Counted from the stretch's first letter, positions 37,694 to 48,383 are shown. The stretch is 64,000 nucleotides of DNA from Halarcobacter sp. (GCA_963676565.1 OY781089.1:672001-736000); one strand, 5' to 3'. Notes: generated from the letters alone by a model not told the origin. Numbers and translations are program-made.

Positions 37694-39787
37694 ATGATAA
37701 TGAACAAAAAAGCAATAATCCTATTTTCTTTATTTAGTAGTCAGATTTTACTTTATGGTGAAAAGTTAGAAGAGGTTTATGTAACAGTTGAACAAGAGTC
37801 TTATTTTGAGAATCTCTCAACAAGTAGTACAAAAAGTGAAAAAAGTGATAACAAAACACCAAGTAGTATTATTGTTACAAAAGAGAATTTAATAAATGAC
37901 ATACAAGCACAAAGAATAGAAGATACATATGACTATACAACTGGTGTAACAAAGGTTGGTAAAAATGCTGATGCTATTATGATTAGAGGATTTGAAACTA
38001 GTCTAGAAAATTTAAAAGTAAATGGAATGTCAGGTTCTATTAGTAGAATGGGTTCTCCCTCAGCCTCAAATGTTGAAAAAATTGAAATTGTAAAGGGACC
38101 AAGTTCTGTATTATATGGTTCAATGGAACCAGGTGGAATGGTTAACATAATTACTAAAAAACCTTATGGAAAAGAATCTTATTCTATTGAAACATCATTT
38201 CAAACATATATGTCTGGTGTATCTTCTTTTGGGGAAGATAAAGGAATAAGTACAAGTTTTGATGCAAATATTCCTCTTGGTGAAAATTTATATTATAGAT
38301 TTATTACTGTATATGAAGATTTAAACTCTTATAGAGACAATGTAGATTTTCAAAATCTATATATCTATCCTAGCTTATTATGGAATGTAAATGATGAAAC
38401 ATCTTTATTAGTTTCAATGGAGTATGGAAAAGAAAAGGGTAGTGCAGATGATGGATTAGCTGTAATTAATCATGATATCTCTACAGCAGCAGCTATAAAT
38501 ACTGTTTATCAAGAAGAGAGTGATTTTGACAACGATGAAGGTTTTTCTCTTGATTTGAGTTTGGATCACTTTTTTAATGATAATTTATACTCAAAGTTTT
38601 CATGGAGAAGTGTACTTCATAATGATGAAAGAAAATTATATGAACAAACTGCCGTAAATTCAACAGCTGAAACTATTAAAAGAAGAAATAGACATCAATA
38701 CAATGAAAGAGATTGGCATAGTTTTGATGCAACATTAACTTATGATAGCAAAATATTAGGTTTAGAAAATAGTTTATTAAGTGGAATTTCTGGAACATAT
38801 AGAAAAACTGATTATGATAGGATTATTCAAGGAAGTAGTAATAATGTATCCCCTGATATTAGTATTTATAATCCAGTTTTAGGGGGAACAGCAGCTTCAA
38901 ATGCAGGGAATAGAAGACTGACAGAATATTATAGTTCAGGGCTTTACTTACAAGATAGTTTATCTTTAAATGAAAACTTAACACTTATTGGTGCTACAAG
39001 GTTTGATAGAACAAAAATTGACTTTATTTGTAAAAGTGGCTCTTGTAATGATGATTCAACAACATATTCTAGTAATGTAACTGGTTCACTTGGATTAATC
39101 TATAATCTAAATAGCATAGTTTCTTTTTATGGAAATATTGCACAAAGTTATAACCCAATAACTGCAGAGAGATTTGATATTAATGGACAAGGTTTAGAAA
39201 CAGAAAAATCAAATCAAATTGAATTGGGAACAAAACTAAATTTTTCAGAAAATCTAAATTCACATTTTGCTGTATATAAAATTCTAAAAGAAAATGTATC
39301 TGAAAAAGTTTCTGGACAAAGCTATTATGAAACAATTGGAGAAATTGAATCAAAAGGGTTTGAGACAGAAGTGCAATGGTTACCTACTAAAAATTGGCAA
39401 TTATCTTTAGGATACGCATATAATGAAGCAGAATACACATCAGGATCTAGCATAGGGAATCAACCAAAAAGTACTCCAAAAAATACTGCACAATTATTTA
39501 CAAGATATATCTTCCCAACAAAGATTTACAATGGTACTTTAGGTGTAACATCGGGAGTGGTTTTTAGAGATTCTATTTATACTAGTTCATCTAAAAATTC
39601 AAGGGTAAAGCTTCCTTCATACACTAGATATGATTTAGGATTAAGTTATACAAAAAGAGATTGGGAATTTAGTTTAAACATTGAAAATTTAACAGATAAA
39701 GTTTACTATGAATCAGGGACAAATGATTATAAAATTCATTCAGGCGAACCTAGAAAATTAACTTTAAGTGTTAGAAAAAGTTTTTAA
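37694..39787 (+). CDS. TonB-dependent siderophore receptor
   Basis: IRGF, VEKIEIVKGPSSVLYG..EPGG.VN, NLTDKVY, GEPR, C-terminal Phe. Confidence 0.9.
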   Translation: MIMNKKAIILFSLFSSQILLYGEKLEEVYVTVEQESYFENLSTSSTKSEKSDNKTPSSIIVTKENLINDIQAQRIEDTYDYTTGVTKVGKNADAIMIRGFETSLENLKVNGMSGSISRMGSPSASNVEKIEIVKGPSSVLYGSMEPGGMVNIITKKPYGKESYSIETSFQTYMSGVSSFGEDKGISTSFDANIPLGENLYYRFITVYEDLNSYRDNVDFQNLYIYPSLLWNVNDETSLLVSMEYGKEKGSADDGLAVINHDISTAAAINTVYQEESDFDNDEGFSLDLSLDHFFNDNLYSKFSWRSVLHNDERKLYEQTAVNSTAETIKRRNRHQYNERDWHSFDATLTYDSKILGLENSLLSGISGTYRKTDYDRIIQGSSNNVSPDISIYNPVLGGTAASNAGNRRLTEYYSSGLYLQDSLSLNENLTLIGATRFDRTKIDFICKSGSCNDDSTTYSSNVTGSLGLIYNLNSIVSFYGNIAQSYNPITAERFDINGQGLETEKSNQIELGTKLNFSENLNSHFAVYKILKENVSEKVSGQSYYETIGEIESKGFETEVQWLPTKNWQLSLGYAYNEAEYTSGSSIGNQPKSTPKNTAQLFTRYIFPTKIYNGTLGVTSGVVFRDSIYTSSSKNSRVKLPSYTRYDLGLSYTKRDWEFSLNIENLTDKVYYESGTNDYKIHSGEPRKLTLSVRKSF

Positions 39788-39798
39788 TAGGGATTTGA

Positions 39799-40890
39799 AT
39801 GTATAAAAAAGTTTGGTTTAAAATTCATTTATATTTAGGTTTAATTGCAGCAGTAATTTTATTTACTGTTGCAATAACAGGGGCAATCTTATCTTTTCAA
39901 AAAGAGATTATTTATTTAATAAATAAAGATAGTTTTGTTGTAAAAGTTGAAGAAAATAAATTAACAGAAAAACAAATACTTGAAAAGTTTCAAGAAAAAT
40001 TTCCAAGTGAAAAAATAAAAGCCTTATCATTTTTTAATGACCCAAAATCTTCTTATATAATAAACGTTGCTATAAAAGGTGCAAAAGGGAAAGCAGCTTT
40101 TAAAGGGAAAAACTATTATGTAAATCCTTATAATATGGAAATACTTCCTTTTGTAAAAGGGGAAGAGACTTTTAAATTTATTGAATTGATTCACAGAGGT
40201 TTAATTGCAGATAAAATTGGGAAACAAATAGTTGGAGTATCTGTAGTATGTTTACTTATTTTAATTGTAAGTGGAATAGTAATATATTGGGATAGGTTGA
40301 AAAAATCTTTTATAAAAAGTATTACGTTTAGTTTTAAATCAAAAAATAGAAAATTGTTATCAACTATGCATAGTTCAGTTGGAATGTGGATTATTCCCTT
40401 TTTATTATTGGCTAGTATTACTGGACTTACTTGGTCATATCCTTATTTTAAAGAAAATTTATTTACTTTATTAGGTGTCGAGAAAACTATAAAAAAAAGA
40501 TTTAAACAGGATATTTCAAATACAAGTAGTTTTAACGATATACAAACCGCTATTTACTTATTTAAAAAAAATATATCAAATTATGATAATGCAAGAATTA
40601 GTTTGATAGAAAATAAAAACGATATCTATACCTTGAGATATATAAAAAATAATCCTATTCATAATAGAGCTAGAAATAGTATTTCAATTGATATAAAGAA
40701 TCAAACAGTCTTAAAACATGAACAGTTTTCAAATCTTCCTTTTAATAAACAACTAACAAAAAGTATTTATCCTTTGCATACTGGTGAATATTTTGGTGTG
40801 ATTGGACAAACCTTGATGTTTCTATCAAGTTTAGCATTAGGCTTACTTTGTGTAACTGGGGTATGGATGTATATAAAAAGAAAATTTTAA
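39799..40890 (+). CDS. PepSY-associated TM helix protein (iron-reductase type)
   Basis: IHLYLGL, IHRG, MHSSVG, LHTGE heme-ligand His pattern. Confidence 0.85.
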   Translation: MYKKVWFKIHLYLGLIAAVILFTVAITGAILSFQKEIIYLINKDSFVVKVEENKLTEKQILEKFQEKFPSEKIKALSFFNDPKSSYIINVAIKGAKGKAAFKGKNYYVNPYNMEILPFVKGEETFKFIELIHRGLIADKIGKQIVGVSVVCLLILIVSGIVIYWDRLKKSFIKSITFSFKSKNRKLLSTMHSSVGMWIIPFLLLASITGLTWSYPYFKENLFTLLGVEKTIKKRFKQDISNTSSFNDIQTAIYLFKKNISNYDNARISLIENKNDIYTLRYIKNNPIHNRARNSISIDIKNQTVLKHEQFSNLPFNKQLTKSIYPLHTGEYFGVIGQTLMFLSSLALGLLCVTGVWMYIKRKF

Positions 40891-40896
40891 ATATTT

Positions 40897-40922
40897 GTGT
40901 ATCTACTTAAATGTGGATACAC
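40897..40922. terminator. hairpin between convergent genes
   Basis: GTGTATCTAC-ttaaat-GTGGATACAC. Confidence 0.55.
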
Positions 40923-40923
40923 C

Positions 40924-43900
40924 TTAAAAGAAACACACCTTATTTCTTCCACTTTTTTTAGCTTGGTATAAAGCATCATCAGCACGTTTTATCACAGTTT
41001 CAATTCCATCATATTCTGTTGTTACAGTAATCCCAAAACTTGCAGTCTTTTTACCAACTTTTTCAAAATTAAAATTTTCAATTTTTACTCTTAGTTTTTC
41101 AGCAAAAGCTGTTAGATTTTCTTTATTTGTTTTTGGAACAATTATTACAAACTCTTCACCACCCCATCTTCCAACATAGTCAGTTTCCCTAACAGAGTTT
41201 TTAAGTAAATTTGCAAAAGAGATTAAAATTTCATCTCCTACTAAATGTCCAAAATTATCATTTGTTGATTTAAAATAATCTATATCTAAGATACAAAATC
41301 CAAAACTACATTCAAACCTTCTACATCTAGTTATTTCATCTAATAAAATTTCATCTAGTTTTGTTCTGTTATAAACACCTGTAAGTTTATCTGTAATTGC
41401 TAGTTTTTCAAGTGCGATATTTTTATCTTCAATCTCTTTTTGAGCTTTTTTTAACAAGGTATTAGTTTTTTCAATCTCTTGTTTAGCTTTGTATATTTTT
41501 ATATTCCAATAAACAATTAAAAGAATAAAAAAAGTAGCTATAAAAATAACTTTCCATACAAGTGTATAGTCAGTGACTTTTTGTTGTTCTACAGCTATCC
41601 ATTTTCTAAAAATACGATCTTTGTTTTCTTTGCTAATACTTGTAATTGCTTTTTGAATAATACTAAAAAGCTCTTTTTCTGTTTTTATAGTTCCATAAGA
41701 TAAATTGTAATCAATGGGAAGTTTTCCAATAATTTTTAGATTATACATCTCATTTTTATCAATGGCATAACCAATAGAAGATGTTGAATCTATATAACCG
41801 TAAACTTTATCTTCTTGAACTAGTTTTAAACCCTCATCTATTGATTTAATTTGTATTATTTGAGTGTTTGGGTAGAACTCTTTTATCTCTTCTTCCACTG
41901 CAGAACTTCTTATAACTGCAAACTTATTGTCCTTTATCTCCTCAAAACTATCAATAAAAAATTTATCTTTTTTAGTAACAATTACATAAGGAATATTATA
42001 AATTGGATTAGTAAAGTTTAAATATTCTGATCTAGCTTTAGTTTTTTTAGATAAAGATAAAATCTCACATTTTTTGTTTTTAACAGATTCTAATGATTCT
42101 TCCCATGAGTTTGTCTTAACTAATGATATCTTTTTGGAAATTTTTTTAGAAATTAATTCCTTAATATCTGAGCCCATTCCAATATGTTTATTATTTTCAT
42201 CTATTGCTTCAAAGGGCATCCAGTTAGGAGATACGCATATTTTTAATTCATCTTTTTTGTTTAAATATTCTTTCTCTTTTGTAGTTAAAAGGCTGTTATT
42301 ATATGTTGGGGTTTCTTTTCTTGGTTGTATTAATCCTTTAGCGTTTAAGCCAATCCATTTATTTGTTAAATTTCTCCACTCTTGAGGCTCTATTGCTTCT
42401 AAGCCTTTTTGCATAATACTATATAGTAAAGGTTGATCAGTATTTACACCAAATCTTAAATCTTCACGATTTACAGTTTTTAAATTCAATTCATCAATTG
42501 CTTTGATATTTGATAATGCATTTTTCTTTATGTAATAGTTCATTGTTAAAAGATTCATTATGGCAATATCAATTTTTCCATAACTTAATGCTTTTGCCAT
42601 CTCTTCAATACTCTCATTCTCAACTAAGGTAATTCCATCCATCTCTCCCACTTCCTTAGCATAGAAAATACTTTTTTGAACACCAACTTTTTTACCTTTA
42701 AAACTTTCTAATCCTTTGTATTCACCAAAGTCATCACGTATAAAAATTAATGTTGGTATCTCATAATAAGGTTTTGTAAATAAAGTGAACTCTTCTCTTT
42801 CTTTTTTGTGTGAAATATCAGCAATGATTTTTGTTTCTTTGGCTTTAAAACGTTGAAGATTAGGAACCCATTGTCCTATAACTCTTTTAAATTTTAAACC
42901 TGTTTTCCCTTCTATTAAAGATAATATATCATCTACGAAACCTTGATAAACTCCATTTCTTTCAAAAGAAAATGGTGAAAAATCTTGCATTACAGATATA
43001 GGTACAACTTTATTTTTTTCAATATAATTTATCTCTTGTTTTGTTAAATCTGCTATATTTTCTATTTTTTGAAACAAGATAGATTGGTATTCATAAAAAG
43101 GTTTAGTCATACCCTTTTCAATAAAAAAGTCTCCCATTTTTTTTACTTTTTTATAATCTACACTCCCTATTGGATAAATATTTGGAAGCATCATTTTTTT
43201 TGTTTCTTGTGCCTCAAAAAGAAGGTGTCCTTTACTCTTTTTTTGAGTGTTGTATTTTTCTAAAATTAAATCTACAACTTCTTCTTCATGGCTTAGGGCA
43301 TATTCCCATCCTTTATTTGAAGCTTCAATAAAATTCTTTACAAGTTGGGGATTATTTTCAACAAATTCTTTAGATGAAAATAGATTTACATCATACATCT
43401 CAATACCATAATTGTTTGGGTCTAAGATATTGTGTCTAATCCCATCTTTTCTCAAAATATAAGGTTCATTTGTTAGAAAAGATGAGTAAGCATCAACTTT
43501 TTTATCTATAAAATCTTGGATGTTAAAAGATGAGGGAATAATTTCAATATCATTTATATTTAAACCAAACAGTTGAAACATTTGATGATAATTTACACTA
43601 TCAAAATCAGACCTAGGAATCATTAGTTTTTTACCGGCTAATTCTGAAGGTAAAATTATATCACTTTGGGTGATTATTGCTAAAGGGGATCTTTTAAAGT
43701 AATTAGCCAATAAAACTAAAGGCCTTCCTTTCATTGCTTGCTCTATTACACTACTACCCCAAATACCAAACTCTTTTTCACCATTTATTACCTCTTGTGC
43801 AATGTCAATATCTGCATCATATTCAAAAAGTTCTACGTCAAGTCCAATATCTTTATAATATCCAACTTCCTTCGCTACATAAAAACCTGCAAATTCAAAT

Positions 43901-44004
43901 TGATGTTTCCACTGTAAACGTAAAGATACTTTTTCTAAAGTAGTTGCATGAAGTGTAAGAAAAAAGAAAAAAGAAATTAGTAATATTTTTAAAAGCTTTT
44001 TCAC
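40924..44004 (-). CDS. diguanylate cyclase with NMT1/THI5-like and two periplasmic solute-binding domains
   Basis: LQWKHQFEFAGFY.A, two PF-containing SBP domains, TM helix, TDKLTG.YNR, RWGGEEF. Confidence 0.9.
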   Translation of the reverse strand: MKKLLKILLISFFFFLTLHATTLEKVSLRLQWKHQFEFAGFYVAKEVGYYKDIGLDVELFEYDADIDIAQEVINGEKEFGIWGSSVIEQAMKGRPLVLLANYFKRSPLAIITQSDIILPSELAGKKLMIPRSDFDSVNYHQMFQLFGLNINDIEIIPSSFNIQDFIDKKVDAYSSFLTNEPYILRKDGIRHNILDPNNYGIEMYDVNLFSSKEFVENNPQLVKNFIEASNKGWEYALSHEEEVVDLILEKYNTQKKSKGHLLFEAQETKKMMLPNIYPIGSVDYKKVKKMGDFFIEKGMTKPFYEYQSILFQKIENIADLTKQEINYIEKNKVVPISVMQDFSPFSFERNGVYQGFVDDILSLIEGKTGLKFKRVIGQWVPNLQRFKAKETKIIADISHKKEREEFTLFTKPYYEIPTLIFIRDDFGEYKGLESFKGKKVGVQKSIFYAKEVGEMDGITLVENESIEEMAKALSYGKIDIAIMNLLTMNYYIKKNALSNIKAIDELNLKTVNREDLRFGVNTDQPLLYSIMQKGLEAIEPQEWRNLTNKWIGLNAKGLIQPRKETPTYNNSLLTTKEKEYLNKKDELKICVSPNWMPFEAIDENNKHIGMGSDIKELISKKISKKISLVKTNSWEESLESVKNKKCEILSLSKKTKARSEYLNFTNPIYNIPYVIVTKKDKFFIDSFEEIKDNKFAVIRSSAVEEEIKEFYPNTQIIQIKSIDEGLKLVQEDKVYGYIDSTSSIGYAIDKNEMYNLKIIGKLPIDYNLSYGTIKTEKELFSIIQKAITSISKENKDRIFRKWIAVEQQKVTDYTLVWKVIFIATFFILLIVYWNIKIYKAKQEIEKTNTLLKKAQKEIEDKNIALEKLAITDKLTGVYNRTKLDEILLDEITRCRRFECSFGFCILDIDYFKSTNDNFGHLVGDEILISFANLLKNSVRETDYVGRWGGEEFVIIVPKTNKENLTAFAEKLRVKIENFNFEKVGKKTASFGITVTTEYDGIETVIKRADDALYQAKKSGRNKVCFF

Positions 44005-44078
44005 TAATACTCCAAGGGTGATTTATTTTATTTTATAATAAATAAGATAAAGATATAGAAAGAAATGATTTTTGCTTT

Positions 44079-44095
44079 AGGAACACTTCTTGCAT
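44079..44095 (+). promoter_or_regulatory. sigma54 promoter of the nifN operon
   Basis: aGG-AACACTTCTT-GCat. Confidence 0.85.
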
Positions 44096-44123
44096 CTACT
44101 CTTAAAACTCTTTAGGAATAGAT

Positions 44124-45410
44124 ATGGAAGCAATTAGTTCAAAACCATTACAGCTTAATCCAATTAAACTATCTCAACCAATGGGCGCGATGCTTTGTTT
44201 TTTAGGTATAAAAAACTGTATGCCTCTTATGCATGGTGCGCAGGGGTGTGCTTCCTTTTCAAAAGTTTTCTTCACAAGACACTTTAATGATCCAATTGCT
44301 GTTCAAACAACTGCAGTTAGTGATATTACAGCAGTTATTGATGGTGGAGATTATTCTATATCTGAATCAATAAAAAACATTACGAAAAAAGTAAAACCAG
44401 ATTTAGTAGGTCTTTTTACAACTGGTCTCACAGAAACAAAAGGGGATGATATAAGAGGTGCTTCCCTTTTAGTTAAAGACCAACAAGATATGGTTTATGT
44501 AAATACTCCAGATTTTGAGGGTTCTATTGAAAGTGGTTTTGCAAAATCTGTTGAAGCTATAATTGATCAAAAAGTAGAAGAAACAGAAAAGATTGATAAA
44601 ACAAAAGTAACAATTATTCCAAATGTAAATCTAAAGCCAATAGAGGTTGAAAAAATCAAAGATACTATTTCTTTATTTGGTTATGAGGCTTTAGCCCTTC
44701 CTGATTTAAGTGATTCTCTTGATGGTCACCTAGGATTAAAACAAGGAGCTTTAACTTCAGGTGGAATAAGTTTTGATGAAATAAAAAACCTAGCTTCCTC
44801 TTCCCTTGTGATTTCAATTGGAAGTTCTGTAAAAAAAGCAGGGGAAAAACTCAAAGAAAAAAATGAAAATATAAAACTTTTTCATTTTGATTCACTTGGT
44901 GGATTAGAGGAAAGTGATAGGTTTTTTAAAGTTTTATGTAAAGAAAAAAATATATCACAACCCCATCCAAGTATTGTAAGATGGAGAAAAAGGTTACAAG
45001 ATGCCTTATTAGATTGCCATTTTGCAATAGGAAGCTCATCTGTTGTTTTAGCCCTAGAGCCAGATCAGTGTATCTCAGTAGCTAATACAATTATTGAAGC
45101 TGGAGCAAACATAAAAGCAATTGTTACAACCCATAAAAACGACTTATTAGATGAAATTGAATGTGAAAATTTATTAATTGGTGATTTTGAAGATGTTGAA
45201 AAATATTTAAGTGATAGTGAAGTTTTAATCTCAAGTTTTCATGGGGAAAGATATACAATGAAACACCATAAGGCTTTGATGTTAAGAGGTTTTCCAGATT
45301 TTGAAGGATTAGGGAATCAGCTTAAAAATGATTGTTTATATGAAGGAAGTTCATATCTACTTTTTGAACTTGCTAATTTAATTAATACCCACAGGCATCA
45401 TGGAGCATAA
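44124..45410 (+). CDS. nifN: FeMo-co scaffold subunit NifN
   Basis: NPIKLSQPMGA, HGAQGCASF, RHFNDPI, TGLTETKGDD, PDLSDSLDGH. Confidence 0.94.
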   Translation: MEAISSKPLQLNPIKLSQPMGAMLCFLGIKNCMPLMHGAQGCASFSKVFFTRHFNDPIAVQTTAVSDITAVIDGGDYSISESIKNITKKVKPDLVGLFTTGLTETKGDDIRGASLLVKDQQDMVYVNTPDFEGSIESGFAKSVEAIIDQKVEETEKIDKTKVTIIPNVNLKPIEVEKIKDTISLFGYEALALPDLSDSLDGHLGLKQGALTSGGISFDEIKNLASSSLVISIGSSVKKAGEKLKEKNENIKLFHFDSLGGLEESDRFFKVLCKEKNISQPHPSIVRWRKRLQDALLDCHFAIGSSSVVLALEPDQCISVANTIIEAGANIKAIVTTHKNDLLDEIECENLLIGDFEDVEKYLSDSEVLISSFHGERYTMKHHKALMLRGFPDFEGLGNQLKNDCLYEGSSYLLFELANLINTHRHHGA

Positions 45411-45411
45411 A

Positions 45412-45789
45412 ATGAGCATAAATCTAAATAGACCTATAGTCCCAGCTATTGCAATTGAGATGATAAGTGGAAGAACAAGATTAATTGGAATTCCAAAAGA
45501 AAAAATCCAAGTGGTTATCACTCTACCAGATATAAAAGAGTTTAATAAAGAGTTAAATGAAGCCATAGAATTTTTTAAACATAGAGCAGATTCTTTTGTA
45601 ATCACATCAAGCAAGAAAGAAGAGTGCAGTGATGTGATGGATAAATTTGATTTAAATGAACACCTAATCTCAAATGAACACAGAGATTTTTCAAAAATAT
45701 TTAAAATGAGAGATGAAGCTAAAAAACTAAAAAAATCACTAATGATAATAGATACAAATTGTCAAATTACACATAAGGATGTTTTATAA
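45412..45789 (+). CDS. degenerate redoxin/thiol-peroxidase-fold protein (paralog of the next ORF)
   Basis: Shares PA...M...T..IG....KIQV.ITLP.IK..N.EL with 45790-46311; start placed after a GGAG RBS. Confidence 0.6.
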   Translation: MSINLNRPIVPAIAIEMISGRTRLIGIPKEKIQVVITLPDIKEFNKELNEAIEFFKHRADSFVITSSKKEECSDVMDKFDLNEHLISNEHRDFSKIFKMRDEAKKLKKSLMIIDTNCQITHKDVL

Positions 45790-46311
45790 ATGGAAGTAAC
45801 TTATAAAAAAGAGGTTTTCAGCCTAGGAAAAAGAGAAAGAAAAGTTGAGAGTGAAGCTCCAGCAGTTAGAGTTAAAATGATAAATGAAGATACAAAAGTG
45901 ATTGGTATGATGGCACCAAAAATCCAAGTTATGATTACCTTACCTTGTATAAAAGCTTATAACAATGAGCTTCATAATATCTTAACAGAGTATTCATCAA
46001 AAATATTGGTTTATATTGTTACAAAAAGCAATGATGATAATTTAAAAAAGATAAAAGAAGAGTACTCAATAGAGGATGGATTTATCTCAAATGATTTTAA
46101 AAATTTTTCCCTTAAATTTGGAGTAAATATGAGTGATGAACTTATTGCAAAGTCTATTTTTATTGTTGATAAAGAAGGCATCATAAAATACAAAGAGATA
46201 CCTTCAAATATTGAAACAAGTTTTGATTTAGAAAAGTTCAAAACTACTCTTACCGAAGTTGTAAACTTCAAACAAAAGGGTCATACCCATGAAAATTGGA
46301 TGGGTGTATAA
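45790..46311 (+). CDS. Tpx-like redoxin-fold protein lacking the PxxxTxxC motif
   Basis: VTYK...KV.SEAP N-terminus and FGV......AKSIFIVDKEGIIKYKEI C-terminus resemble Tpx. Confidence 0.68.
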   Translation: MEVTYKKEVFSLGKRERKVESEAPAVRVKMINEDTKVIGMMAPKIQVMITLPCIKAYNNELHNILTEYSSKILVYIVTKSNDDNLKKIKEEYSIEDGFISNDFKNFSLKFGVNMSDELIAKSIFIVDKEGIIKYKEIPSNIETSFDLEKFKTTLTEVVNFKQKGHTHENWMGV

Positions 46312-46757
46312 TGTCTTTTTCTGATAAAACTAGAATGTGGTTATCTGCTAATGAATATGATTTAAATAATCTTAGTAAACAAGGAAAACATGGTAATTCT
46401 GCTGTAATGAAAGCAGCAAGGGAAGGTGAAACCCATATTGTAAGAGAGTTGATTGGATTAGGAGCAAATTTAGATCAAAAAAATGTTGATGGAAATTCTG
46501 CTTTGTGGAATGCATGTTTTGCTAACTCTTATGATTGTTTTTATGCCCTTATTGATGGGGGAATAGATATAAATTCACAAAATGTTAATGGTGTAACATC
46601 TTTAATGTATTGTGCAAGTGCAGGAAAAGAGGATTTTGTAAAACTCTTACTTGAATGTAATGCCAAAGCAGATTTAGAAAACCTTGATGGATTTAAGGCA
46701 ATTGATTTAGCTGTAACTCCTAAAATATACAAAATGTTAAAAGCTGCAACAAAATAA
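46311..46757 (+). CDS. ankyrin repeat protein
   Basis: GNSAVMKAA, GNSALWNAC, GVTSLMYCA repeats; TAATG coupling with the upstream stop. Confidence 0.9.
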   Translation: MSFSDKTRMWLSANEYDLNNLSKQGKHGNSAVMKAAREGETHIVRELIGLGANLDQKNVDGNSALWNACFANSYDCFYALIDGGIDINSQNVNGVTSLMYCASAGKEDFVKLLLECNAKADLENLDGFKAIDLAVTPKIYKMLKAATK

Positions 46758-46763
46758 AACTTT

Positions 46764-48017
46764 ATGCAAATTTTCCATGATAAAACTGAAATAACGCTCA
46801 AAAACTCTTTTGAGCAAACTGCTTTTATTGATTGGAGAACGCAACCTAGAAATTATAAGAGGTATCCAGAGTTTTTTAGAAGATATAAAATTGATGAGTT
46901 TGATGAGCTTAAATTTATAAAAAATTTTGGAAAAATTACCCAGACAAAAAAGTATGGTAAAGAGGAAGTAAGCCTTCGAACAAATCCCAGTGCAGGTGGG
47001 CTTTATCCTTGTGAGGTTTATATTCAAATTAGAGGTGTGAAAGGATTTTTAAGTGGTATTTATCACTATGAACCTTTAGAAGACAATCTTGTTTTAATCC
47101 ATGAATTAAGCAATGATGGACTGGAATACTATTTTGAAAAAAATAAACAATATAGATTTGTAATATTAATTAGTAATGTATACTTTAGAAGCTCTTGGAA
47201 ATATGAAAATAGAGCGATTAGATATTTACTTCTAGATACTGGTCACCAAATTGGTTCTATATATTCTTCTTTGAAACTTGAAGATATTGATTTTAAAATA
47301 GAATTTGAATTTGACAGAAACCTTATAAATGAATCTTTCGGTTTTGAGGGGTTTGAGTTTTTTCAAGTTGCAATATTAAGTGAGTTTTATAAAGAAAAAG
47401 AGACAAAAGCTTTAAGGGAAAACCTTGTAAATGTTAGTGCCTGTGATTATCAAATAAGAAATAGTTTTATTGATAATTTTATAAACCATTTAGAACATGA
47501 AAACTTCTCTTCAACAATACATTTTGATTTTTTAGAAGAACTAGAGAAAAAGAATTTAGAGGATTCAATAAATAAAAGAAGGTCAATTAGAGCTTTTAAA
47601 CAAGAAGCTATAACAAAAAATGATTTTAATCTTATCACTAAAGATATATTTGAATATTCCCACTCTTTTGGAATTGAAATATACATTATAGTCAATAATA
47701 TTATGGGTTTACAAAGTGGTATTTACAAAAATGTAACATTGTTAGAAGAGGGTAACTTTATAGAACATTCAAAAAAACTTGCCTTTAATCAAAAACTTGG
47801 CGGCGCTAGTTGTTTTACACTTTTTTTTACTTCAAAAGTAGATTCCAATTATATACAAAACTATATCTTATGTGGTTTCTTAGCTCATATGCTAAGTATA
47901 AGAGCTATAAATTTAGATATCGCATCAAGTGGAATTGGGGCATATTTTGATGATGAATGTAAAAAAACATTTAAAACCCAAAACAATATTTTATATTTGC
48001 AGGCAATTGGAAAATGA
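46764..48017 (+). CDS. SagB-type nitroreductase family protein (two domains)
   Basis: LRTNPSAGGLYP.E, WKYENRAIRY..LD.GH, RRSIRAF, GIGAYFDD. Confidence 0.85.
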   Translation: MQIFHDKTEITLKNSFEQTAFIDWRTQPRNYKRYPEFFRRYKIDEFDELKFIKNFGKITQTKKYGKEEVSLRTNPSAGGLYPCEVYIQIRGVKGFLSGIYHYEPLEDNLVLIHELSNDGLEYYFEKNKQYRFVILISNVYFRSSWKYENRAIRYLLLDTGHQIGSIYSSLKLEDIDFKIEFEFDRNLINESFGFEGFEFFQVAILSEFYKEKETKALRENLVNVSACDYQIRNSFIDNFINHLEHENFSSTIHFDFLEELEKKNLEDSINKRRSIRAFKQEAITKNDFNLITKDIFEYSHSFGIEIYIIVNNIMGLQSGIYKNVTLLEEGNFIEHSKKLAFNQKLGGASCFTLFFTSKVDSNYIQNYILCGFLAHMLSIRAINLDIASSGIGAYFDDECKKTFKTQNNILYLQAIGK

Positions 48018-48313
48018 GTAAAGAAACCTATTTAAACCTTTATAAAAAATATGAACTTTATCGAAGTGATATTTATATGCTTACAGAAGATAAACCTGCA
48101 GAGATTTTCTTTTTATTTGAAGAGGTATGTGAAGAGTTGGTTAAAGATAGAGCTATTAATAGACAACTACCACCAGAGTTTGTAAAAAATGCAAATCTTC
48201 TACTAGCACAAAACACTTTTGCAAATGTTTATTTCTCCTTTATTGATAATCGTGCTTTCTTTCTTAGTGATTTAATTGATTTCCTTGCCCTTATTAGAAG
48301 TGCCAAAAAATAG
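48014..48313 (+). CDS. hypothetical protein
   Basis: 99-aa ORF overlapping the upstream stop. Confidence 0.65.
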   Translation: MSKETYLNLYKKYELYRSDIYMLTEDKPAEIFFLFEEVCEELVKDRAINRQLPPEFVKNANLLLAQNTFANVYFSFIDNRAFFLSDLIDFLALIRSAKK

Positions 48314-48337
48314 GCTATCTTTTATCTTTTTTTCTTG

Positions 48338-48354
48338 TGGAACACTATTTGCAT
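48338..48354 (+). promoter_or_regulatory. sigma54 promoter of the nifX operon
   Basis: tGG-AACACTATTT-GCat. Confidence 0.87.
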
Positions 48355-48383
48355 ATATACTCATAAATTTATGAGGATGTAAT

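Noticed and set aside
32247..44123. Transposon or integrative element carrying the iron-uptake genes
   Set aside because: No transposase or integrase, tRNA target, terminal inverted repeats or target duplication could be seen
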